IMG/VR virus record: IMGVR_UViG_3300044796_000657
Span: 248,001 to 312,000 of that record
Strand: one strand, 5' to 3'
Length of the DNA stretch: 64,000 nt
The notes below the pieces were generated by a model. The model made no database searches and had not been told where the DNA came from. It worked only from the letters and a program-made list of their open reading frames with translations. The position numbers and the translations under genes were made by a program. Shown here one piece after another: positions 54,698 through 63,836 of this stretch (within the stretch, counting starts at the first letter, position 1; every line of letters begins with the position of its first letter).

Positions 54698-55594
54698 ATG
54701 GACTTTAAACTTTGGTTAGAATATAGCGGGGCTAAATCGGTTCTCGTTTATCACGGTACAGATCCCAAAAACATTCCTTCTATTATGTCGCAGGGTTTGA
54801 TTCCAAATCCCAAAGCAAGAAAATGGGCTGATGATCCACATGCCAATTTCAATTCAGCAAGCCGCAAATCAATTGGTGGTATTTATTTAACCACCAATCT
54901 ACAAACGGCCTTTTCTGCTGCCCCACCGAGAACTGCTTGTATTGTTGTGGCCGAAGTACAGCCGAGAAGTATGTTGGCGGATGAAGATGATTTGATGTCA
55001 ATGGGACAAGCAAGCGATCACGAATATACTTTATTGGAATTGTTTTTTGCGATCAAAACGAATACCAATCACGAATTCGTAGAGCAAATGAAAGCCAAAT
55101 ACGAACAAAGTGTATTCGCAAGAATTACATGGAAGATTCCAAATATATCACCACAATTGAAAATTAGAGTTAAGCAAATTCTCGATGACGCATTTCCTTA
55201 CGTTGTAGACCGTCAAACAGCACACGTTCATACAGATGAATTTCGCAATAGAAAGTATTACCACAAAGAAGCCAAGGATGTTCAACAACCCAATAAGCAA
55301 GCTGCGGAAGCCGCTTATCAGAAACACCTAGATTTGGCAACCAGAGCCTTGAAGTCAATCGGCAATCCTTATAGTCGTAAAGAAAACAGTTTGTTCATGT
55401 TCGTCGGACGGCTAATGGAACCAATTAGATTCAGTGGTGCGAATAAAATTGTATGCGTTATTGAAACTTGGCTTAATGAAAAAAATAAGACAAGAGTGAA
55501 ATTGCTTTACGGAAGCGTACCAGATAAGCTCATTAAGGATTGGAACTCAGCCATTGGCCCGTGGGAAAAGGCCATTAGCGAAGAGGGCAATTAA
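54698..55594 (+). CDS. Putative ADP-ribosyltransferase (H-Y clade, PARP/Tpt1-like fold) with capsid-targeting-like N-terminus
   Basis: MDFKLWLE; LVYHGT.PKN..SI..QGL.P; GGIYLTTN...A. Confidence 0.6.
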   Translation: MDFKLWLEYSGAKSVLVYHGTDPKNIPSIMSQGLIPNPKARKWADDPHANFNSASRKSIGGIYLTTNLQTAFSAAPPRTACIVVAEVQPRSMLADEDDLMSMGQASDHEYTLLELFFAIKTNTNHEFVEQMKAKYEQSVFARITWKIPNISPQLKIRVKQILDDAFPYVVDRQTAHVHTDEFRNRKYYHKEAKDVQQPNKQAAEAAYQKHLDLATRALKSIGNPYSRKENSLFMFVGRLMEPIRFSGANKIVCVIETWLNEKNKTRVKLLYGSVPDKLIKDWNSAIGPWEKAISEEGN

Positions 55595-55596
55595 CG

Positions 55597-55629
55597 AATA
55601 AAACCCACTTATTATAAGTGGGTTTTATT
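55597..55629. terminator. Bidirectional terminator
   Basis: AATAAAACCCACTTAT-T-ATAAGTGGGTTTTATT between convergent genes. Confidence 0.8.
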
Positions 55630-55635
55630 GCGATT

Positions 55636-57135
55636 TCAATAAGACGAACTACTAGATCCGGTTTCACATGTTGAAACACGCATTCTCGGAAGATCGTACT
55701 TTAACCAATCACGATAAATCTTGGTAAAATCTCTTATCATTTTTTCAATTGATGAACATAGGTCATTCATCCCGTCAATGGTAGCCTTCCAATCACACTT
55801 ACAAGTAAACGCAAGAATAAAATCATTCAAATTTTTCAATGCATTTTGAATTGGTGTAAAATAATCTTTAACAGTAGCAAAAGAATTCAGTATTGCTGTT
55901 CCAATTTTACAACAAGCTTCACTCTTACTGCAATAAAGATTCTTAAGAGCAATCATTTCGTCATTCGTTTTATTGACTTCTTGGATGATAGCATTAGCAC
56001 TGTAAGTAATAGTATTCAAACGATTGAATACAGCTAAATTGGCAGCATCACACTGAGCTTGTCTTTCAGGAGGAGCAGCAACAGCATTTACTCTATCGCA
56101 TAAGCAACCTACAATTTGCTGTCTCAAATAAGTGCAAATGCTCTTACAGTTATCGTCTCCTCCTGCACACTGAGGAACTACGTTTTCGGGTGTATTGGTG
56201 TCAGTGAGGAGTTGTCCAAACTTGTTACAGCCTATTTCTACAACTTTGTTAAGTGCAAATTTCATCAATGCATCAATTTGCCTTCTTTCGGCTTCATCGG
56301 GGCTTATTCTTCTTGCACCTGAATCAACAGCGTATTCGTAATATAATCTTTGTGCTTCGGTAAATGTGCTTCTCGTAACACCAAACGGTGAAACTTGAAT
56401 CGTATATTTTAAAACATCCGAAGTTAAGGTGCGGGAAATACCAAACGCATCGGTATAATTAGTGGCGTCAGCACCCATTGTTTCGAATAACTTAATTACG
56501 CAAGCATCCTCTGCGGGAGTAGGAGTTGGGAAAAACAAAGCTAATGGTCCACCGCCGCCTTTTGGTCCACCTTTTGGACCACCTTTTGGGCCAAGTCCTC
56601 TTGGCCCGGTGCCCGGCGATACTGTTGCAGATGGTGCTGCAGGAACAGGAACGACTTGCGGTCTAATAATAGCCGTCGGCTTTGGAAGTTTAACTCCGGG
56701 TTGCTCGACGGAAGAGAAAGGCTCTCCTAGAGGGCCGGATATAATTGGTTGGCCATTTGACGGCACAATTGGGCTTCCTTGTGGCGGCACCGTAGTTAAC
56801 GAATATGGTCCTCTTGCACCACCAGTACTCATGCCTTTATCATAACCCATACCTTGATCGCCAACAATAAGTTGTCCGTTGCCGAGGCGTCCATTAGCAT
56901 ATGGTTGCGCTGGCATAGGTATACCAGGACCAGTAGATGGTGCTGGAGCAGGTTGCGGTCTGACCGTACCCGGAATTAATTGGCCAGTATTCCTATCAAA
57001 TTGTGCACCATCGAGTCTTTGTCCTGCTCCATATGGCATTGCACTATTTCCTTGTCCTGCCTGTGGCATTGGTGGGAATGGACCGAGAGGTCCGGGGGTG
57101 CCGGGGATTGGAGGTGTACCGGGTGGTGGTGCCAT
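55636..57135 (-). CDS. Pro/Gly-rich N-terminus / Cys-rich helical C-terminus protein, probable paralog of 3033..4655
   Basis: Starts MAPPPGTPP; ends CETGSSSSY; about 14 Cys in the C-terminal half. Confidence 0.6.
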   Translation of the reverse strand: MAPPPGTPPIPGTPGPLGPFPPMPQAGQGNSAMPYGAGQRLDGAQFDRNTGQLIPGTVRPQPAPAPSTGPGIPMPAQPYANGRLGNGQLIVGDQGMGYDKGMSTGGARGPYSLTTVPPQGSPIVPSNGQPIISGPLGEPFSSVEQPGVKLPKPTAIIRPQVVPVPAAPSATVSPGTGPRGLGPKGGPKGGPKGGGGPLALFFPTPTPAEDACVIKLFETMGADATNYTDAFGISRTLTSDVLKYTIQVSPFGVTRSTFTEAQRLYYEYAVDSGARRISPDEAERRQIDALMKFALNKVVEIGCNKFGQLLTDTNTPENVVPQCAGGDDNCKSICTYLRQQIVGCLCDRVNAVAAPPERQAQCDAANLAVFNRLNTITYSANAIIQEVNKTNDEMIALKNLYCSKSEACCKIGTAILNSFATVKDYFTPIQNALKNLNDFILAFTCKCDWKATIDGMNDLCSSIEKMIRDFTKIYRDWLKYDLPRMRVSTCETGSSSSSY

Positions 57136-57186
57136 AATTTCTTTCTTTCTTTTGGGCGACTGAGTGCCATTATTATATTGATGTGC

Positions 57187-58158
57187 TTATTTTTTTTTAG
57201 GCAAAACAATTGGCTTAACATTTAATTCTTGTCTCGCCTGTTCGAGTTGTTCTTCAAACTCTTTGATTTGTTCTGGAAATTCTTTGACTATAGCATTTTT
57301 TAAGTGATTCAATAATCTGAAGTGATTTCTTCTTTCATTGTCGTCGCCATGAACCATTAATGGTACTAAATTTATAGCATCTTCCCATTCCCTATCAATC
57401 ATACTAACGCCGCTTTTATCGACCAAAGTATTAAATCTACTCATATCATCTTTGAACGACCAGTCGTCTCCCTTTTGCATTTTCCCTAAATCGTAATGAT
57501 ATATTTTACCACGATAAACACCTACTTGAATTTGGTCGTTGATTGAGTATCCTGCTTTGTGAAAAGCGTTTATAGTATCCTTAACTTCGTTCAATTGTTC
57601 TTTGGTTAACTTACCCGGAATATCCACTTTCGGCCTTACCGCAAATGCTTTGTCGCCTATAATTCTAACATATGTCGGCAGAATACCGGGAACGCCTTGC
57701 TTTCTCAATTTCTCTGTTAGTCTTACATTTTCCAGCATACTTCTTGCAGCGCCAGCCGGTGTTCTATGAAAGACACTTGCATTTGTGGGTTGAAACGGTA
57801 CAGTTGTAGAAACTTTAACGATCATATCTCCAACCTCAAACGCCATACCGTCATCGCCTTTTCCTAAATACTTGGCTTGACCGTTAATGACTTTTGAAAT
57901 ATAGGGATCATCGGTTTTTTTGGATACTTCAACTTTTTTGGTTAGATCGTTGGCGAAATGTTGTACGGCAGCACGTGTCATTTTGAACGCACCGATAAGG
58001 TCATCATGTTGGAGATGTTGAGTTAGCCAAACCGAATCGCCTCTGATGTGTACGATCTTGACTTTGATGGGTGAACGGTTATCTTCCTCGGAAGCAGGAA
58101 TGTCAATGATCTGTCCAATTTTCAAGTCTACGGCTTCTAACCACAGTTTGAAATTCAC
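57187..58158 (-). CDS. Protein-kinase-like protein with capsid-targeting-like N-terminus
   Basis: MNFKLWLE; YLGKGDDGMAF (Gly loop), IVKV (Lys), YHYDLG (DFG-like); catalytic loop divergent (SINDQIQ). Confidence 0.55.
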   Translation of the reverse strand: MNFKLWLEAVDLKIGQIIDIPASEEDNRSPIKVKIVHIRGDSVWLTQHLQHDDLIGAFKMTRAAVQHFANDLTKKVEVSKKTDDPYISKVINGQAKYLGKGDDGMAFEVGDMIVKVSTTVPFQPTNASVFHRTPAGAARSMLENVRLTEKLRKQGVPGILPTYVRIIGDKAFAVRPKVDIPGKLTKEQLNEVKDTINAFHKAGYSINDQIQVGVYRGKIYHYDLGKMQKGDDWSFKDDMSRFNTLVDKSGVSMIDREWEDAINLVPLMVHGDDNERRNHFRLLNHLKNAIVKEFPEQIKEFEEQLEQARQELNVKPIVLPKKK

Positions 58159-58337
58159 TTCTTGGCATTCCTTACAACTGTAGGCTCGCCGCTATCATCA
58201 AAAGTAAATTTGACTTTCTTCTTTGGCTTGTCACCGCCAACTACAATCGGCTCACCTTCTAAATTTGAGGCTAAACGAATTTTATCGTGATGCTTTTTGG
58301 CTTCAACGAACTCTCTGAATGTTTTGAATGTTTTCAT
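58155..58337 (-). CDS. 60-aa protein with capsid-targeting-like N-terminus
   Basis: MKTFKTFREFVEA. Confidence 0.6.
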   Translation of the reverse strand: MKTFKTFREFVEAKKHHDKIRLASNLEGEPIVVGGDKPKKKVKFTFDDSGEPTVVRNAKK

Positions 58338-58342
58338 AACGT

Positions 58343-58348
58343 TATATA
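58343..58348 (-). promoter_or_regulatory. TATATA box variant
   Basis: TATATA-acgtt-ATG(58337). Confidence 0.4.
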
Positions 58349-58370
58349 GGATTTCTTTTTCGTTCCATTC

Positions 58371-58376
58371 TAAATA
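58371..58376 (+). promoter_or_regulatory. TAAATA late-promoter-like box
   Basis: TAAATA-acttc-ATG(58382). Confidence 0.55.
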
Positions 58377-58381
58377 ACTTC

Positions 58382-58765
58382 ATGTTAACTTGGCAAGATT
58401 TCCTGAAAATTCGTGAACATCAACTACACGAACCCAAAAACCACAAAGATGCTGTCAAGGAAGCCAAGAAGGTTAAGTTGGAATTTTTCGAAAAACGAAA
58501 ACAAGGAGCGGCTAAGATTGCTGCCGAAGCACGATCAAAAGGTGGCCCGTCAATGTTAACAGCTTGGCATTTCGCTGCCAAAGCCCAACCTTACAATGAT
58601 GTATTGTCTGCCATTCGTACTGATAAAGATGAAAACTTCTTTATGCAAAAGTGTTTGTTGTTAGCCACCAAGTTGAAATTCGCCAAATTGGATGAAGAGC
58701 AATTTCAAAAACTGATGGGTCAAATTGAGGTTTGGGGCGAAGCGTTTGCCAAACTATGGCATTAA
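58382..58765 (+). CDS. Hypothetical protein with capsid-targeting-like N-terminus
   Basis: MLTWQDFLKIRE. Confidence 0.55.
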   Translation: MLTWQDFLKIREHQLHEPKNHKDAVKEAKKVKLEFFEKRKQGAAKIAAEARSKGGPSMLTAWHFAAKAQPYNDVLSAIRTDKDENFFMQKCLLLATKLKFAKLDEEQFQKLMGQIEVWGEAFAKLWH

Positions 58766-58768
58766 AGT

Positions 58769-58796
58769 AAAACGGATTGGTTTTCCAATCCGTTTT
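58769..58796. terminator. Bidirectional terminator
   Basis: AAAACGGATTGG-TTTT-CCAATCCGTTTT between convergent genes. Confidence 0.85.
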
Positions 58797-58806
58797 TTAT
58801 TTAACA

Positions 58807-61800
58807 TTAGCCCGGTGATGAGACGTTCGTAATAATACCACCAACAACTTCAACAAGCATTCCATCGCCTGATTGGAATGATCCTGTATATCCTTGAACC
58901 CCACCAATTGAAAAGTAATTTGTAGCATTGAACCACGCAGCGTTAATAATTCCAGAGGCATTAACCGCAGGGGCAATGAGATCAATAGCAGGATCTTCGC
59001 CAGTAGTTCTACATAAAACTTGGGCATCAACAGTACCCACAACTACCGAATTATCGATATTAGATGTGATGCCGAATCCGAAAGCATATTGATTTTCAGA
59101 TATGTCAGCACCTTCAATGAATGTCGGAGCAAATACATTGTTCGCCAAGGTTCCACTCAAACTTCTATTACCAGCAGCACCATAAACAGCTTGTGCCAAA
59201 GTACCAGAAGGGCCGACATTTGATTCAAGGAAAACAATAAAATGGGAACTGTAATTGGTGGTAATTTCATTATAGAAATTTTGAGAAGTAAACATAGCAC
59301 TATAACCACCATCATTAAAGATGGTGATGGGGATATTTCCACCAGACACACTTGAATTATCATCAAATTCAAAGGTGTAGACATTGCCATTGGTGTCAGT
59401 TAGCACAATAGTATCACCATCTACTACTGTTTGTGAACCAAAATTGAAAGATGCTGCTCCTTGAGCTGGTTCGTGTCCAACTGTATTATCGTTGCCAATA
59501 GTCAAATTATTATTAGTGTCTGGTCCAACAAGGAAATCACCGTCACTTAATAAAGTATGATCCACAACAGTGCCCATTGCGTCAACCGTAGTGACCATTG
59601 GGGCAAAGCCGCTTTCATCATCCCTCAGCCAAAAGAACATCTTGTGAACATCCCCTTCAACAATAGAAGGGGGAGCAGCTGCGTGTGTACCTAATGGACC
59701 AGATATTTCAAGTTGTCCATCAACGCCAAGATTCAATAAGGTTTGATGATTATCCCAAGTAGTTGCTTCTTCACCAGCATCGACACCTTGAATTTGAAGC
59801 CCATTGTATCCGGCAGTACCTTGGAATCCTAATTTGAATGCGGCATTACTCTTATTGTCAATTTCATCATTATCTGGATTGACATTATAGCCCCAAACCA
59901 ACTCGCTGTTTTCTTTTTGAATTAACCAACCGCTTTCTAGTGGTGTACTTTCGTGAAGGGTATTGTTAATTGTAATGCCTGGCGAAACATTGATGTGGGT
60001 TGCGTGTAAGTTCAGAGTATTAGTATCGCCCAAAGCTTCAATGTAGTTTGCGTCAACCCCAAATCTGGAAGAGTTATCAACACTGACAGTTAAGCCTTTA
60101 CCAAACGCAGTCATATAAGTTCCAATATCCGATCCGTCATGGAACTGAGTTTCAAATATTGTTCCAGCTAAAGTGCCAACAACTTCCGTGTTTCCACTTT
60201 CCCCTTGATAGACTTGCGTTAGAAGATTGCCACCAATATCCACATTGAATACAGCATCTTGACTTTGGTAATTGTGGGCGTTTAAGAAAGCGAATTTTGT
60301 ATTTGCGGCACTATAAGTTCCGGCAATGGCAACCTGAATACCATCGGTATGCGTTCCTACATTGGTGAAGTAGAAATTATAAACGTTTCCAGAAGTTGCC
60401 GTGAAGCCAATGGTGTCACCTTCTGTGATGGTGCCACCGATACCGAAGTCGCAAGATGCCGTCGCCCCGTTATCAACATCACCATTGGTGAATGCTGACG
60501 GGAAGAAGCCACCGTTCAAATTTCCAGTAAAAGCCGTGTTGCCTGCCGTGCCGTTGGCTTGGGTAAACAATATGGTCGTTGGTCCAGTCTGAGTAGCAGT
60601 GATTTCAAAACCGGGACCGGCTTGAAACATTTCAAAAAAGTTTGTAGTAGTGTTGTTCGCATCGTAACCGGTCGTTCCAATACGAACAATAATAGAGCCG
60701 TCAATAGAACGAACACCATTTGTGAATTCATAATTGTTAGATAGCTCAACCGCCCCGGCTTGGAAAGTGACATAATCACCATTGGAAATTGATCCAGCAG
60801 TGAAATCAAAGTTAAGAATCGCACTTGCCGCACTTCTGTTGGTGCTGTTGTTAAACCCTATAGCAACTAGATTATTTGGACCGTTAAGATTGTTGCCGCC
60901 ACCCATTTGAATGCTGGCTGATTGGACGATGAAATTGTTTGTGGTTGACATGTAAAGATCAACTCCGCCCTCACCAGACGCAATGAAGGTTGTATTGTCT
61001 TCATTGTTCAATCCAATATATGCACTGTCAAAGTGTAAAGTTCCACCAACTTCAATGAGGGAATTGTTACCATTGAATGTTAAGTTGACATCATCAATAC
61101 CTATTTTTAGGGTATTTTCTACTTGGTTATCTTGACCAGTTCCAATAGAATAAATGTTAACTAGTGGATTGAGACCGCCTGAAAAAGATGATGATCCAAA
61201 GTAATCACTACTGATTGAAGTATTGCCATCTGTGCCTGTAAAATTTTGCGTTAATTGAACAATGCTACCATCAACACCATAGCCTAATGGAACATTACCT
61301 TCGCTGAGAGCATCAAGAAAATTATTTGCTTGTGCTGAAGAACTTCCAGCAATCGTTACTGGAATATTGCCTTCTGTTACCGACATATCGTCATCAAACT
61401 CAAGAGTATAAGTGGTAGTAGCACCTGCCGCCTTGAGAACTTCGATAGTTACCGTTTGTCCATTCGTAGGAATACTCGTAAATGTTAGTGTTGCTTGTGC
61501 TGGAGTGCCGTCGCTGCCGGTTGTATTATTATCACCGAAAACAAATGTGTTCCGTCCATTAACGGTATTATCGCCAATGTCAACACGACTTGCTTTCAAT
61601 TGCATGGTATTGAAAGACGCCTCCGTTGTATCAAAATACAATAGACCATAAGTGTTGCCTTGGTCGTCTTCTTCCGAACTTAATTCAACTTCACAATAAC
61701 TATTTATGATTTCGGCATCACCGCCAATAGCTTGAACTGAAATCGTGCTACCGTTGCCATAAACTTGTGCGTAATTATTTGGATCATCATCTTGACCCAA

Positions 61801-63270
61801 GAAAAGACGACCTTCAGTAACATACAAATTGCCGTTATCCATAGTGAATTTTTCGGCATTGTTATCAATTTTTAGACATGTATCATGAGCACCAATTGTA
61901 ATTGTTTTGTTATTGACATTTAATCCGAAACCAAAACCGAATGCATTATTCGGATCATCCGTACCACCCTGAAATACCGTTCCAAAAATACAGTCAGTGC
62001 ATGAAAAATTACCTTCAATATTCGTATTTCCAAAAGCACCTTCAACATTTTGAGCAACAGAGCCAGTTGTGCCATCTTCATTAATGTTTACTGTAAACGG
62101 ACTATTGGCTTCAACGGCGATCTTAAAGTTCGTAACGGTTTCGGCAAGAGTCCCACCGATTGTTACACCATATGTTCCTCCTGTAATGCTTTCATTATTA
62201 TCAAATTCAAAGACATATTGTTCACCATTGGTATCTTGAAAACTGACGCCATAACCATCTACTACGCTTTGACGACTAAAATCAAACTCTGCCGAAGCAG
62301 GCGCAAGTGCATCACTGAAATGATTGTTGTTTCCAATCAACATAATATTGGTATAAGTGTCACCGATGACATTAACATCCTCGCCTCCGTTGAGATTGTT
62401 AATGTTGATAGCATCGAGAATATCGCCGCCGTTCATATTTAGAACACCAGCAGGGTCTTCGTCTGCCCCTTTCATGATCAAGGCACTAATATTGTGAAGA
62501 TAACTAACTCCGGCCCCGCCACACGATTCTACACCACCAACAAATGCTATGCCCGGCGTATAAATTCCCGATCCAAATTGGAATGTTTCTTGATCGGAAT
62601 TAAAACTGACTATGGACTCTTCACCCGCACCAAAAACAAGTGTGGGTGTTTGAACTAGATCAAAAGCCACTTGATCGGTCGTATTCAAACTTTGATCAAA
62701 TGAGTCCCCACCACCGCCTCCACCTGTTGCTGCCCATGAAGTTGTCGTGCCGTTAGTAGTCAAGAACTGTCCACTGTGTCCGGTTTGTGTTGGAAAAATA
62801 CCGGCAGCATCACCCGTAATATTCAAATGATGAACATCTAGTGTTCCTGTATAAGTCCCATTGTTGCCACTTAAAGTATCAGCCATCAATTGGCCATCCA
62901 CACCGGCATTATTGCTGACAACGAGATTGTTAAACGTGACGTCATCGGTTGTATTCAAATCCTGATCAAACGAACTGCCACCACCACTAATGGTTTTGAA
63001 TATGATTGTTTCACTTTCAGAATCATATGCCAAAACTCTATTGTTTGCTTTATTGGACGTATCAACGTTAATACCGTCAATGGTATTATCATCTACGGTT
63101 TTGAATTCTATCGCTTGCGTATCAGCGTTATAGAATAAGACTTTTCCGTCACCCTTGTTTGTAACATCAATCTTTATCCCTTTGATAAAATTTGCATCCG
63201 TTCTATTGGTGGATGCAAACTTAAGAGTTATAAATGGAACATAGGCGCCGTTGAGAAAATACATTGTCAT
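58807..63270 (-). CDS. Large tail-fibre/adhesin-like protein with five internal repeats
   Basis: 1487 aa, acidic and Gly/Asn/Thr-rich. FPTQTGHSGQFLTTNGTTTSW fibre-type motif, duplicated SFDQ.LNTTD, and five A..F.F...G..V.....Y..(E)F...G...I units. Confidence 0.65.
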   Translation of the reverse strand: MTMYFLNGAYVPFITLKFASTNRTDANFIKGIKIDVTNKGDGKVLFYNADTQAIEFKTVDDNTIDGINVDTSNKANNRVLAYDSESETIIFKTISGGGSSFDQDLNTTDDVTFNNLVVSNNAGVDGQLMADTLSGNNGTYTGTLDVHHLNITGDAAGIFPTQTGHSGQFLTTNGTTTSWAATGGGGGGDSFDQSLNTTDQVAFDLVQTPTLVFGAGEESIVSFNSDQETFQFGSGIYTPGIAFVGGVESCGGAGVSYLHNISALIMKGADEDPAGVLNMNGGDILDAININNLNGGEDVNVIGDTYTNIMLIGNNNHFSDALAPASAEFDFSRQSVVDGYGVSFQDTNGEQYVFEFDNNESITGGTYGVTIGGTLAETVTNFKIAVEANSPFTVNINEDGTTGSVAQNVEGAFGNTNIEGNFSCTDCIFGTVFQGGTDDPNNAFGFGFGLNVNNKTITIGAHDTCLKIDNNAEKFTMDNGNLYVTEGRLFLGQDDDPNNYAQVYGNGSTISVQAIGGDAEIINSYCEVELSSEEDDQGNTYGLLYFDTTEASFNTMQLKASRVDIGDNTVNGRNTFVFGDNNTTGSDGTPAQATLTFTSIPTNGQTVTIEVLKAAGATTTYTLEFDDDMSVTEGNIPVTIAGSSSAQANNFLDALSEGNVPLGYGVDGSIVQLTQNFTGTDGNTSISSDYFGSSSFSGGLNPLVNIYSIGTGQDNQVENTLKIGIDDVNLTFNGNNSLIEVGGTLHFDSAYIGLNNEDNTTFIASGEGGVDLYMSTTNNFIVQSASIQMGGGNNLNGPNNLVAIGFNNSTNRSAASAILNFDFTAGSISNGDYVTFQAGAVELSNNYEFTNGVRSIDGSIIVRIGTTGYDANNTTTNFFEMFQAGPGFEITATQTGPTTILFTQANGTAGNTAFTGNLNGGFFPSAFTNGDVDNGATASCDFGIGGTITEGDTIGFTATSGNVYNFYFTNVGTHTDGIQVAIAGTYSAANTKFAFLNAHNYQSQDAVFNVDIGGNLLTQVYQGESGNTEVVGTLAGTIFETQFHDGSDIGTYMTAFGKGLTVSVDNSSRFGVDANYIEALGDTNTLNLHATHINVSPGITINNTLHESTPLESGWLIQKENSELVWGYNVNPDNDEIDNKSNAAFKLGFQGTAGYNGLQIQGVDAGEEATTWDNHQTLLNLGVDGQLEISGPLGTHAAAPPSIVEGDVHKMFFWLRDDESGFAPMVTTVDAMGTVVDHTLLSDGDFLVGPDTNNNLTIGNDNTVGHEPAQGAASFNFGSQTVVDGDTIVLTDTNGNVYTFEFDDNSSVSGGNIPITIFNDGGYSAMFTSQNFYNEITTNYSSHFIVFLESNVGPSGTLAQAVYGAAGNRSLSGTLANNVFAPTFIEGADISENQYAFGFGITSNIDNSVVVGTVDAQVLCRTTGEDPAIDLIAPAVNASGIINAAWFNATNYFSIGGVQGYTGSFQSGDGMLVEVVGGIITNVSSPG

Positions 63271-63277
63271 AGTAAGA

Positions 63278-63283
63278 TATTTA
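63278..63283 (-). promoter_or_regulatory. TAAATA late-promoter-like box
   Basis: TAAATA-tcttact-ATG(63270). Confidence 0.5.
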
Positions 63284-63331
63284 CTTTTTTTTACTCAATA
63301 TCCTAGAAAAAGTTTTTTAGAGGTGTTGCCA

Positions 63332-63835
63332 ATGGATTATCTGAAAATGGGATTAGTGATGATTCCCGACTTTATCACCGAGGATGAAGAAAAAGCCATT
63401 ATGTCTCATATCATTAAGGCAAAAGCAACTAAAAGTAAAAGTCGAAATACCATTAAACGTTTCGGTTCTAGTTTGCCTTACAAAAGTAATATGGCATCTA
63501 AAGTCATCCCGCCTTTTTTAGACGCAATTGCCAGCAAGCTTTACGATCAAAACTTATTAACTGCAAAGCCCGATTCCGTAACGATCAACGAGTACTTTCC
63601 CGGCCAAGGGATTGCACCGCATATCGATAGCAAGAGCAGCGGCGACATTATTACTATTTTAAGTTTGTTGGGATCTGCTAAAATGGATTTCGTGAAAGGT
63701 GATAAAAAGTTCAGTATCGATTATCCCGCACGCTGCTTGTTGCAGATGAAAGATGAAATTCGATATTCTTGGATGCACTCAATCTTAAAAGTTAATGAAA
63801 TACGATATTCCCTTGTTTTTCGCAAGGGAACTTAA
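63332..63835 (+). CDS. AlkB-family 2OG-Fe(II) dioxygenase
   Basis: PDFITEDEE, VTINEYFPGQGIAPHIDS (HxD), RYSWMHSI, RYSLVFR; ATG at 63332 after GAGGTG. Confidence 0.88.
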   Translation: MDYLKMGLVMIPDFITEDEEKAIMSHIIKAKATKSKSRNTIKRFGSSLPYKSNMASKVIPPFLDAIASKLYDQNLLTAKPDSVTINEYFPGQGIAPHIDSKSSGDIITILSLLGSAKMDFVKGDKKFSIDYPARCLLQMKDEIRYSWMHSILKVNEIRYSLVFRKGT

Positions 63836-63836
63836 T

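Noticed and set aside
54418-55629. TATAAT hexamers within the hairpins at 54430 and about 55611
   Set aside because: Likely chance in AT-rich terminator loops, and no matching -35 element was identified.
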